Assembly (NCBI GenBank): GCA_023231475.1
Contig: JALJEE010000499.1
Location: 1-53,388 of the forward strand
Direction: 5' to 3'
Origin: Seison nebaliae
Lineage: Eukaryota
Length of the DNA: 53,388 nucleotides
Shown: in pieces, positions 38,454 through 49,400 of the stretch
Layout: each line of letters begins with the position of its first letter
How positions within the stretch are numbered: position 1 is the first letter of the stretch
Notes under the pieces: generated by a model
Database searches by the model: none
The model's input: only the letters and a program-made list of their open reading frames with translations
What the model was told of the DNA's origin: nothing
Position numbers and translations under genes: made by a program

Positions 38454-38815
38454 TCACCAACAAATCCAATGTCCTCCATTCTTTCTCAACGTATTGAAAC
38501 AGTTCCGTTTGACGACCATGGAAGAATTATCATCAGGCATTTCCAATGAATCATCACTACGTTTCTTCAATTGTGCCAATGGCAATGTGTTGTACATGGA
38601 ATTGCCACTCAGATGAGCTAAGAGCATTCTTGCCAACATCTTCTCACGAACTTCTCCCTTAAACAAAATTTAAAAAATTAAAGTAAATTAAAATATTTAA
38701 AAAAAAAAACTCGTTTTTCATTACCAATATCTTGCATTGATGGATATGCATATAAGTTCATAAAGAAGTTTAAGAACAAAAATAATACGGTTATTCTACA
38801 ATATTTACTATTCAT
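38454..38815 (-). CDS. Neuropeptide/peptide-hormone precursor, 2 exons
   Basis: Signal peptide (...FLFLNFFMNLYA-YP); KR, KKR and KR cleavage sites; C-terminal NCFNTLRKNGGHWICW; intron 38658-38710; TATAAATA about 80 bp upstream. Confidence 0.8.
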
Positions 38816-39395
38816 TTTTTACTACTGAAAATTCTTCAAATATTACCAAATTCTTTTTTACTGCTCGATTTATTTTGCAATGAATCGACAAATCTATTTA
38901 TAGTTAAATTGAAAGACGTGGGCTGCAAAATATTCACTACAATTTCCAGTTCATTAAATTTTCGGATAAATATTAATAAGAGATCTCTTCTGTTTATCCA
39001 TATTCTCAAGTAAATTTAAGAGAAGTTTAAACGACTCTCCAAAAAATAAGGAGGAATTAAATGATTGATAAATTTTTTTATTGTTTTTCAAATTTCTCTA
39101 TTAGTAAATTGAATAAATTGAATTAATATGATAATTAGAATTATCGAAAAAAATAGAAAAATTCTTTAATTTGTGTTAGTTAATATGATTGTTCGTTTAT
39201 GTAGGAAAATGGATTGGAAATAGAATGGGAAAACTTTCTCGATTAATTTTGGAGAAAAAATGTAATTAATAAATTTTCGTAGAAAAGAAACGATTTTTTG
39301 ATCGGGAGAAAATTTTATTAAATTATATTAATTCGATTTGTTTCCACACACAATTCCATTAGATAAGATGGATAAAAGGAAAATATTTGAAAGAA

Positions 39396-42300
39396 TTACA
39401 AATGTAAGAACATCGGTCGTCGATTAATGTCACGTCTGACTAATTCCCAAATTTCTCGATTATTCTTTTTAAGTTCGGAGAAAAGTTGTTTCAATAAATA
39501 TGATTGATGGAATTTTTCGAACATGTTCATCGTTTCATTTATCATGTTCATAATTCCAGTTGACATTGGAGATGTATAAGTGACTCCTTGATGATTGATA
39601 TTAATACTAAATTTATTCAAGAGATTAATACAACGACTGAACATGGATATCGTATAATTTGCGAGTGGAATTAAATTGATACATTTCAAATATGGTTTCA
39701 TTGTATTATCTACTGGTCGCATGAGATTGTTATTGATAACTCTCATTCGTTTCGTCCATGTCATTTGAACGGGAATCTTACCCGCCAAACGCAATGGACT
39801 TGTCCAATCGTTTTTCCTCAAATAATAATTCGGTTCTCGATGAACCATTTTATTGATGATGACAGGAACATCCAACAAGAAATGATGAGCATATTTCAAT
39901 TGAAATGTGTCATATCTATAAGACGATCCGTTGCCGAATTGTAAGACACAATAAGTGAGATTATTGAGAGAATAGGAAATATTTTTCAATATGAGTGGAT
40001 CGGTGATAGAAGTGCAAACGGTTTCGATAAACTCGTCAAATTCTTTATCTCCCAAAAAGAAAAGTAATTGAATTGTCCATTCAATACCATCGGTATGTTT
40101 TGAGAAATTGCCAGAATAACTAAGTAATTTAATAGCAAGTAAACATACTTGAAATGATCGATATACATTTCTCTTAATATCAGCATTGTCATCATCACCT
40201 TTCAATAATTCCGTTTCGTCCACTGGTTTCTTCACTAATTGCAATTGTTGATGAACATGAGAACTATTTGGTTGAAAGAATGGTCTGTTACACAGACAAC
40301 AATCAGCAGCTGGTATTTCATTCTTTCTCAACACTAATGAATGTTCACGAACTGCCAATGCCTCCACATAAATGTCACACCAAAGACGTGCAATTTCAAA
40401 AAGAATTTCTGTATCATGAAATCCGCCCGGATCGTCCACTGAACGGTCGATAACACAATCTCTAATATTTGCAAAAAGTATTGGAGTGGATTTGATTGAT
40501 TCATAATATTTCCTTGCCGAATTAACGAGGAGACGACATCCTTCATCTAAACATCGATCTCCACCATATTCTACACATTGATGTAATAATTGTTTCGTTA
40601 TAAAATTAGTTAATTCATGTCCTCGTGATAATCCTTCGAAAGCGAATGTTACTATCCATCTCTTCAATGGACGATCGGAATGAGTGAGGAAATCCGATAA
40701 TCTTCCCAATTCATCTGTCGACAAAATACTTCGCCAACATCTGAAAAAGAATTTCATCAAATTATCCGGCAACACTTCTAAAATCTTTGCAAGAAATTGA
40801 GTATAGTCATTGAAATCGCGATGGAGCCAAGCCTCTTTATAAATTCCATTATACACTCCCATAGCATATAAAGTGATAAGGAGAACGAATACGACGGAAA
40901 TACATGTGTCAGTTTTTGAACGACAATGTGGCGAATATTGTGATGAGGACCAACTGGGACCGAAATGTAAACCAATATAAGGCTCATAACATGATCCGAT
41001 TGAACCCAACAACGTCGTCGATACTGATAATAACCATTCGAAATACCAGAAATTAATATTATAACCATGGCGATGATAGAACATGTTGTATTTGGGACGA
41101 TAATCTGAATCATTCATCTTTTCAATTCTTTCCGTTAATCGTTGAGAAATAGTGAAAAATATTTTATAATTTTTCAAATATTTTTCAAATAATTTATTTT
41201 CTTTCTCTTCCGAACAAATCGATCGGAAATCATTCCCCTCATCCTTCAACATTATACAATTTTCTTTTGTTGTATTTATCATTTGTTGAGGTTCCATCGG
41301 ACAAGTCGGTATATATTTCACTGGAAATTCAGTTACTCTCAAATAAATATTTGTCGATTCAATTTTGTGAAGGAATGAAAGTCCATCAGATTCAATTGAT
41401 ATGTCACTTATCATAGGGAAATAATGATTATGAATTGTCGTTGTAAATTCGGAGGGAACTTTCGAAATTTCCATTAATGGATCATAATACGAAATATTCT
41501 CCATTTGTACTGGTTCGTTCGTTGTTTTTAAATAATTATATAATCGGAAATTTTCCGTTCTCCATCGAATATACGAAAAATCATATTCATTTGTCATCCG
41601 TCTAATTTTCAATCTAATCTCATCAGAATCTTCAATTAATTGTGGATAAGCCGAACACAAATAATTTGAACTTGTACATTGTTTTGATGGAGAACTCGAA
41701 TTTTCTAATCGTTCACTAGTGGCACAATTGACACATGTATTATAATCATCACCTAATCGATTAGATGGATTAATCGCCGATCTTTTTTCATTTATTCGAA
41801 ATGATTCAACTTCCGATTCAGCTTCCGTTGTAGTTTCTTGAGGTTCCGATGACAATATATTAATATTTTGATATAATCGATGTTTATGTTGTTCAATCAA
41901 TAATGATGATTTGAGACGTTTAGCGAAATATGTGTCAGGTGTCGTCGTCTCAACATCATCACTACCTGAATGTGTTGACGATCTCATTGGTGGTACAGGA
42001 ATTGATCGGAAAACTTTATCATTATTTTCCATCCGTTTCTTCATCATGATCGAATCGTAAACACAAGACAAATGTTTATCGATTACTTCAATTCCGTTTC
42101 GAGAGAAATGTTGAGGAAATTCCATCGACAATTCATCCGAATCTTCTCCCAAATCTTCACTCCATTCAAAATGGATAATTGGAAGAAATTGACACATCTC
42201 CTCTTGGAAATAACGACGGAGATTCTCCGTAAAAAAATATGCTAATCGATTACCTACATTATTACGAAGATTAAAATTATAAAATGGATCGATGTCCAAT

Positions 42301-45218
42301 GTCATGTAATCAGGAGATTCAAAAAATTTATGGAATCTTTCATCTAATAGACACCATAAAATATATTTACATTCACTAATTCTCTCATTTTTAGTGATGA
42401 TATTAGAAAGAATAATTCGTTGTCTCATTCGAATTATATGAATGAGAAAATGACCTTTCGATTCTTCCATGATCGTTGGCATTTTCAATACATTCCCAAT
42501 AAATTTAATGAAATTCACACCGTTCTTATCATAGACACCATGAAAAGAATTATATACCCACCATAACGTTTCACATAATGCCAATGGAGGAATAGTTTCT
42601 ATGGAAATTTTATTTGTACGAATTTGATGATGATTTAAAATATTCTCATAAATCCAATTTCCTTTCGATAACATTAACAAAATGATTTGATGAATATTCA
42701 AATTTTTTAAATAATCAAGTGGATTCTTTTTAATTATTCCACATAAAATTCCATTTAATTGAGTTTGAATCATCCAACATGATTGTTCAAGGAATGGTGG
42801 AAACATTCCCATTCGTGGATAAAGAAGACCAAATAAACATAAACGAGCTGCCATTAAATTATCTAAATCGAAAACTATTGTTGTTGTTACTAATAATTTT
42901 AATTCCTTCATTATAATTATTCCATCAAAATGATTATAATATGAATGGGATTTGGTTTTTGAAAAATAATAACGATCATCATTTTTGATTCTTCTCAAAT
43001 AAAATGATTTAATATCATCAGATAATATCATTTTATTATCCGTCAATTTCAATTTATCATCATAAAATTTCAAATAACATTCTCCAACAATCAAAGCGAG
43101 AATTGTAGATAAATAATGATCACCATTCACATCGAGTGATTTGATGTTACTCATTAGAAGTGGTAAAATGTCTTCATTCCTTCCACTCAATTCATTATCG
43201 ATTTGATCGATATAATTAATTATTCCTCTTCGACAATTCTCATAAAGTTTTTCCATATATATCGGAATTTTTCCACGTGAATTTAAAGTAACTCGATAAT
43301 TCGTTTTGATTGCTACGGAATCTTTCTGAAAAATATTATTGATCGATCGCCATTCTCGAATATTTTCATTCTCCAAACCGATCAATCCACCAAATCGATT
43401 ATATAATCTCTTGATGATGGGATGATTAGATGAATAAATATATTCTTGTGGTAATCGTAAGAGAAGTCGTACATGATGAAATCCGAAGAAATAATTATGA
43501 TTATTAATTAAATTCAATTTAAACGAAACAATTTGACGATCCAATTCCGTCAAAACATCTAACACAACATTGAACATCATCGAATGTGTTTTATCATAAT
43601 GAATGGAAAGTGGAAATTCTGGTTCATTAAATGTTCTCAATTGTTCGTGAATGAATGGAGAATGATAGACTTTTAACCATAATTCCTCCAACTCCTCGAA
43701 TAAATTCCATACCAATTGAATTCGATGAGTTAATATTGTCTCATTAATCGGTTTATCACATTTGTAAGTGTAGGAGGAATGCCAATCGGAAACGACATTT
43801 GGAAGATTGATGAGAATTAATGTGAAATAATAAAGAGAACGATAATCATAATGAATCTTTTTAATTATTTCAAAATTGATGACTTGAAAGAAACTGAAAA
43901 TTTGAGGTGGAATTGGTCGTTGATATGTCAATTCATTAATTTTTGCATCGAACGCTTTTCGAATGAAATAAGTTTTTTGATCAAAAAAATCGATCATCGA
44001 TTGATATTCGTCTTTGAAATGATCGAGGAAAACGATATGTCCCATCGAATTCGCTTCCTTCATCATTCGAACGAATGGATTCATTATTAATAAATCATCA
44101 TCTTTCATTCCTTTCATTTTCATTGCCGTTTTCAATAAACAATAACAACGACTCAATATATCAGCACTAATTAAACGTTCTTTCTCTTTTATCCATTCCA
44201 CATCAACATAATTGAAAAGTTTCACTTCTTCTTTCGGTTTTTCTATCACGTCAATCATTTTCATAACATCATAAACTTCTTTCAATTCAACTTTCTTCAA
44301 TAAATTCAATGCCACTCTTCTTAAATGTTCGTGTGACAAATCTTCGAAAACCATCGATAACGGTAAACGATATTCGATTTGATGTGGATAAAATAATCTT
44401 TTCCAGAACACTTGCATCACATGAAGACAACAATAATCTCGTGATATTTCTGAAATCATATCGGATTGTGATTGAATACCTAAAACTCCTTCAATCTCTC
44501 CTTCTTTTCCCAACGGTCTCTTATGTTTATTGACATTGGGATAGATCGATGATGATGGTGCTGATAATGAATTGTTCATTTCTTCATTCTGTGATGAACA
44601 CAATCCACAATTGAATGAAGTTATTCGTTTCTTTGAAAATTTAATAAAAACTGGTACGGGTAATTTATGATCTTCTTGATATAATCCTCCATTCGCCACC
44701 ATCGCATAAATCGTCGTACCGATTTGATAAATATCTTTCACACTACCACTATTCATTAATTTCTCGAGGTAATCGGGAGAGAATGTACGATTGAGAATAT
44801 GCGTATAAAGTGTTCGTTCCACTTTGCGGAAAATGAATGACATATCGGAAGGAAATGAATAAATTAAAATTCTTAATTGTAAAAAATCAGGTAATGTCGG
44901 CCATATATCCATCAATTGTTTCAGAGTGAACTTACTCGCCAATATCGTACAACATCGATCAACTAAACAATTTTCGATGAGGAATAATGGTTTCAACTTT
45001 TTAACTTTGAGTGGAACTGGAATCGATACCTTCTCATTTCCATCATCTTCATCATCTTTTTCATATTCACCGTTTAAATATTTGGATTTGGGAAGGAGAA
45101 GTTGACCATCCTTCCCATAAATCAAACGAATATTCCTCTCACTAACATATCTACCAACAGTCTCCCAATAAGATTTCAACCATACTACGCTATTCGGCGA
45201 CGTCGATTCAGATATCAT
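39396..45218 (-). CDS. Zinc finger SWIM domain protein, ZSWIM4/5/6-like, intronless, 1940 aa
   Basis: BC-box/Cul-box-like LVDRCCTILA...LPDFLQLRILIYSFP; SWIM-like ITSFNCGLC...CCLHV followed by YRLPLS; TEILFEIAR. Confidence 0.78.
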   Translation of the reverse strand: MISESTSPNSVVWLKSYWETVGRYVSERNIRLIYGKDGQLLLPKSKYLNGEYEKDDEDDGNEKVSIPVPLKVKKLKPLFLIENCLVDRCCTILASKFTLKQLMDIWPTLPDFLQLRILIYSFPSDMSFIFRKVERTLYTHILNRTFSPDYLEKLMNSGSVKDIYQIGTTIYAMVANGGLYQEDHKLPVPVFIKFSKKRITSFNCGLCSSQNEEMNNSLSAPSSSIYPNVNKHKRPLGKEGEIEGVLGIQSQSDMISEISRDYCCLHVMQVFWKRLFYPHQIEYRLPLSMVFEDLSHEHLRRVALNLLKKVELKEVYDVMKMIDVIEKPKEEVKLFNYVDVEWIKEKERLISADILSRCYCLLKTAMKMKGMKDDDLLIMNPFVRMMKEANSMGHIVFLDHFKDEYQSMIDFFDQKTYFIRKAFDAKINELTYQRPIPPQIFSFFQVINFEIIKKIHYDYRSLYYFTLILINLPNVVSDWHSSYTYKCDKPINETILTHRIQLVWNLFEELEELWLKVYHSPFIHEQLRTFNEPEFPLSIHYDKTHSMMFNVVLDVLTELDRQIVSFKLNLINNHNYFFGFHHVRLLLRLPQEYIYSSNHPIIKRLYNRFGGLIGLENENIREWRSINNIFQKDSVAIKTNYRVTLNSRGKIPIYMEKLYENCRRGIINYIDQIDNELSGRNEDILPLLMSNIKSLDVNGDHYLSTILALIVGECYLKFYDDKLKLTDNKMILSDDIKSFYLRRIKNDDRYYFSKTKSHSYYNHFDGIIIMKELKLLVTTTIVFDLDNLMAARLCLFGLLYPRMGMFPPFLEQSCWMIQTQLNGILCGIIKKNPLDYLKNLNIHQIILLMLSKGNWIYENILNHHQIRTNKISIETIPPLALCETLWWVYNSFHGVYDKNGVNFIKFIGNVLKMPTIMEESKGHFLIHIIRMRQRIILSNIITKNERISECKYILWCLLDERFHKFFESPDYMTLDIDPFYNFNLRNNVGNRLAYFFTENLRRYFQEEMCQFLPIIHFEWSEDLGEDSDELSMEFPQHFSRNGIEVIDKHLSCVYDSIMMKKRMENNDKVFRSIPVPPMRSSTHSGSDDVETTTPDTYFAKRLKSSLLIEQHKHRLYQNINILSSEPQETTTEAESEVESFRINEKRSAINPSNRLGDDYNTCVNCATSERLENSSSPSKQCTSSNYLCSAYPQLIEDSDEIRLKIRRMTNEYDFSYIRWRTENFRLYNYLKTTNEPVQMENISYYDPLMEISKVPSEFTTTIHNHYFPMISDISIESDGLSFLHKIESTNIYLRVTEFPVKYIPTCPMEPQQMINTTKENCIMLKDEGNDFRSICSEEKENKLFEKYLKNYKIFFTISQRLTERIEKMNDSDYRPKYNMFYHRHGYNINFWYFEWLLSVSTTLLGSIGSCYEPYIGLHFGPSWSSSQYSPHCRSKTDTCISVVFVLLITLYAMGVYNGIYKEAWLHRDFNDYTQFLAKILEVLPDNLMKFFFRCWRSILSTDELGRLSDFLTHSDRPLKRWIVTFAFEGLSRGHELTNFITKQLLHQCVEYGGDRCLDEGCRLLVNSARKYYESIKSTPILFANIRDCVIDRSVDDPGGFHDTEILFEIARLWCDIYVEALAVREHSLVLRKNEIPAADCCLCNRPFFQPNSSHVHQQLQLVKKPVDETELLKGDDDNADIKRNVYRSFQVCLLAIKLLSYSGNFSKHTDGIEWTIQLLFFLGDKEFDEFIETVCTSITDPLILKNISYSLNNLTYCVLQFGNGSSYRYDTFQLKYAHHFLLDVPVIINKMVHREPNYYLRKNDWTSPLRLAGKIPVQMTWTKRMRVINNNLMRPVDNTMKPYLKCINLIPLANYTISMFSRCINLLNKFSININHQGVTYTSPMSTGIMNMINETMNMFEKFHQSYLLKQLFSELKKNNREIWELVRRDINRRPMFLHL

Positions 45219-46878
45219 TTCTGGTGAGCAAATCTCAATAATTTCTCCACGAAATTTGACTCATGTGCACCAATGGAAGTTTCACCTCCTGTACCTTTTT
45301 CGAAAAATATTTATTTTTCTGCTTTCTTCTAATGAAATTAATACAAATTTTCACATGAACCTCAATTTAAATTTAAAATTTTCAATTTTCATGTTCTCCT
45401 TCCTCCAACATTTATTTCCACTAATTTTACCATTTGGAAATAATTTTTTAGAATATATTATTATAGGAAATTAGATCATCTCAATCAATTAGATGATGAA
45501 TAATATGGAAATTTAGCAATTTTATTTTGATATATAAATCGTCATCAATAGAAAAAGTATTTACTTCAATTTATCTCATAAATTCTCTATGTCAATTGAG
45601 TGATGGAATAGAATGAGAATAGATTAATTTCTTTCCTCAATTCACAATTCGATAATTAATTTGATAGAATTTGAATAATTTAATGAGATAGAACGAATAA
45701 TTTAACATAAGAAAAATAATATTTTTTAAATTATTTTATGAGAAGTTGTAGCTGTAAATCTACAACAGTTTCAATAGTTGTCTCATAAACTTTAAAATAT
45801 ACATGTCCATCTTTTTTACATTAGATAAAAGAAGAAATTTGATTTGATTCAGTTCGATGTCAATTCGATCGAATGAGACAGGGAAAAAGTATCAGAAGAT
45901 GCCAAGAAAGAAATTTTTGAGAATTTATTGAAGAAAAGAATGTAGAATTCCGTTTAACCTCCCCATGACCTCCTAAACCACCACATCAATAAAGAAATGT
46001 TTCATTTAAAAATTTATCAGTTTCCAATATCATTTCTTCGATTTGATTAAGCCGAAAATTTCAATAAAGTAAACGTTGAGGTGAAATAGAAATGAGAAGT
46101 AGTCGAATGAGAATGAGGACGAAAGATGAAGAATAAATAATGGAAATAATTTCCCGATTATTTTTTCCCCACAACAAATAATTGTTTGATAATGTAATTG
46201 TGAGGTGGATGTCGATTTATACGTAAAAATTTTCTCTTTTTGATCATTTGATTATTCAATTGGTATATCTATGATTGTTCATTAGCAGTCTTGTGATTCA
46301 TTCGATTGCGAACGAATAATTTTTCAATGGAGAATTGTGAATGATTTAACCTGATTGTAGATTAATCTCATTTTTCCAAAAGAAAAGAGGACAATTGAAA
46401 AACTTTAAAAATAAAAGATCTTTATCAAAAATCTTTTAGCGTGTTATGACATATTCATTAGAATAATCCATCACTCCTCATTAATCCATTTGGAGAAATG
46501 GTGTCATAATAACGTCAACTATAACTTTGTTTTAATTAGAAGTCTAGTTGAAAGTTTTAAGTCATTTTCAAACATTTCGTCTCTTTATATATATTTGATT
46601 TGTGGTGAATGAGATGATTGTATAAAGAAGTAGTTAATGGAAATAAATTGTTTAATGTTCTTTTCTTTCTCTTTCAAATAGATATGGGAATTATTCATTC
46701 ACTTCTTAATAATATTCTCTCAATTCTCCAATGAAACTGATTGTAAAAGAAACTTTCACTTATATAATTTTAACTAATCACTCTTCTACTACATTCTAAC
46801 AGTTGGATAAATTGTTGTACGAAGTTTGAACGAAAGAAAATCAGTTGAAAGGGAATTAATAGGTAAATTGTATTAGGA

Positions 46879-48333
46879 ATGAAGTCGTGGAAATGTGGGA
46901 AAACTGCTCGATTATCTGTCATGCTCGGATTGACGTTCACTTTCTTTTTAGTGGAAGTTGTCTGTGGTTATATTAGTAATGCGATTAGTTTAATTGCTGA
47001 TTCATTCCATATGATGAGTGATGTTGTTGCCTTAATAATTGCATTAGTTTCCGTTCGTATGGTCAAACGGAAAAGTCCCAATAACACGTTCGGATGGGTG
47101 AGAGCTGAAATATTGGGAGCGATGGTGAATGCCGTATTCTTGTTGGCATTATCTCTCTCCATTGCATTGGAAGCATTGAAACGACTCATCACTCCAGAAA
47201 AGATGTCGAATATTATCGTCATGTTGATCGTTGGAGCGTGTGGATTAGCAGTGAATTTAATTGGATTAGTTCTATTTGCTGGTCACGGTCATTCACATGG
47301 ACATGCACATGGTCATAGTCATTCGGATGAACATGATAGTCGATCATTATTAAATGAGAGTGATGTGGAAATAACGAGACCGACGTATGATATTCGTTGT
47401 TTACACGAAACGGTGATGGAAGGAGAAATGGCGAATCTTGTTCGTATTCAACGAGAGGAGAATGTGGTAAATATGTCGTTGGTGGAGGAAGATGGTGAAC
47501 AACGAAAAGCGAATAATAATGATGAAGATGATCATAATAATAATGAAAAGAAATTATTAACAATTGCTGTGAATAATAAAAAGAAGATGAAAAAAGAAGA
47601 AGAAGAGAAAAAGAAGAAAACAAAAGATACAGTAAAGAGTGCACAACAATTAAATATGAGAGCTGTCTTCCTTCACGTTTTGGCTGATGCGATCGGTTCA
47701 GTTATCGTTCTCATTTCTGGTCTCATTTACATGTATACACCAGAAGATCAGAAATGGCGATTATATATTGATCCTATCTTATCATTTTGTCTCGTTTTCA
47801 TTATTGTCCTCTCCACATTACCGATTTTGAAAGAGAGTTCTCTCATTCTCTTACAAACAGTTCCCACTCATTTGAATGTGGAATTGTTACAGAAGAAATT
47901 ATTAGAGAAAATTCCTGATATAACAGCTATTCATGAATTTCATGTGTGGCAATTGTCCGGTTCAAAAATCATTGCATCCGCTCATATTCGTTGTGCGGAT
48001 ATCGAACAATATATGTCCATCGCAAATAATATCAAAAACTTCTTTCATAAACATGGAATCCATTCGACGACCATTCAACCCGAATTCACTAAATATTGTT
48101 GTCAAATCAATACGAAGGGAGTGAATGGAAATGATTTACATTCGTCTCAATGTCCCGTTGGTTCTCGTGTAGCTACTGCTATCAATAACGGACAAGTAGA
48201 TGGAAATATTCCATCAACCGAATGTCTACTTCAATGTAAAGACGGGAAATGTGATAATGATGCTTGTTGTACAAGAAACACAATTCAAAGGAAAGCGACA
48301 TCGAGAAAAGATAATGTTAATCCGACTGTTTGA
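46879..48333 (+). CDS. SLC30A1: Zinc transporter ZnT1-like (CDF/SLC30), intronless
   Basis: LIADSFHMMSD (TM2), NTFGWVRAEILGA, His-rich GHGHSHGHAHGHSH, LNMRAVFLHVLADA (TM5), GIHSTTIQPEF, Cys-rich tail. Confidence 0.93.
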   Translation: MKSWKCGKTARLSVMLGLTFTFFLVEVVCGYISNAISLIADSFHMMSDVVALIIALVSVRMVKRKSPNNTFGWVRAEILGAMVNAVFLLALSLSIALEALKRLITPEKMSNIIVMLIVGACGLAVNLIGLVLFAGHGHSHGHAHGHSHSDEHDSRSLLNESDVEITRPTYDIRCLHETVMEGEMANLVRIQREENVVNMSLVEEDGEQRKANNNDEDDHNNNEKKLLTIAVNNKKKMKKEEEEKKKKTKDTVKSAQQLNMRAVFLHVLADAIGSVIVLISGLIYMYTPEDQKWRLYIDPILSFCLVFIIVLSTLPILKESSLILLQTVPTHLNVELLQKKLLEKIPDITAIHEFHVWQLSGSKIIASAHIRCADIEQYMSIANNIKNFFHKHGIHSTTIQPEFTKYCCQINTKGVNGNDLHSSQCPVGSRVATAINNGQVDGNIPSTECLLQCKDGKCDNDACCTRNTIQRKATSRKDNVNPTV

Positions 48334-48633
48334 ACGACGGAAATTACTAATAATGTTTCGAAGAAACAACAATTTTTTTTATCCATAAACGTTTTCTTAT
48401 TCTTCTAATTTATTTGCACGTATCCATCATTCAACGCTATTACATAAAATGATCAAAAAAAAAAGAAAATATTTCGAACTTTTAATTCTTCTTATTTTGA
48501 TGTCTCATCATTTCATGGTCATCAAATTCATAAAAGAATTCTCCATCCAATTCTTCTTCCACATATTAATAATTCCCTTCATACATCATTTCATACATTC
48601 AATTTCATTCTATTCTTTTCAATTATTCTTGTT

Positions 48634-48659
48634 CACACACACACACACACACACACACA
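48634..48659. repeat. (CA)13 microsatellite
   Basis: Perfect dinucleotide run downstream of ZnT1. Confidence 0.95.
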
Positions 48660-49400
48660 ACATACGCTATTTCTAAAGTTTTCTTATATTTAATTATTTA
48701 ATTAATAAATAATAATTAAAAAATATAAATATTTATTTCAATATTCTTTTCTTAACGAATTATTACGAAATGATCTTCTACTCTTCGATTTCATATCCAT
48801 TTCTCTTCCTCATAAATGATATGATATTTTATTTGAACATTATTGAAAATGTTTAATAACGATCATTAAATTGTCAGAATGAAATATCTCGTCGAAAAAC
48901 GGAATATTTGACAAATCGATTTAATGTAATAAAAATTAGATAACAATAACATGACGATGTTGATGATCGTTTTAAAATCGGAAGTAAATAGAAATAGAAG
49001 GAAACGTACGAAAAATATATTTTCCAAGAGAGCCGCTCGATGTAAACGAATTGTTATTGTTGGAAAAGAAAAGGAAAACTCATCGAAATAAAACCAAATT
49101 GAATATGGAGACGATCGATTGGACGCGGAGTTCCACGTTGAAATTTTCAGACAAGAAAATTTTCATAAAATGAAAATTTTGAAAATTGTAAAGAGAAAAA
49201 AAAATTATGAAGATGATATTATATATAGGGATTATATCAATCAAAAAAAAATTACTTAAATATTCTCTCCCACCAACAATATATATTTGATAGGAAAAGT
49301 GAATATATGTGGGCGTGGAGGAAAATATTGGATTGGAACAAAATTTTTAATTTGTGAATTTTTTTTTAGAGGTGTCGATTTTTTAATGGAAGCAATTCAT

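Noticed and set aside
441..45218. Cluster of cullin adaptors (SPOP, KLHL10, KCTD, ZSWIM) as a functional locus
   Set aside because: These are large families, dispersed here among unrelated genes; chance is sufficient.
45219..46878. Metal-response elements upstream of ZnT1
   Set aside because: Only TGCACCA/TGCACAT near 45265 was seen; neither fits TGCRCNC.
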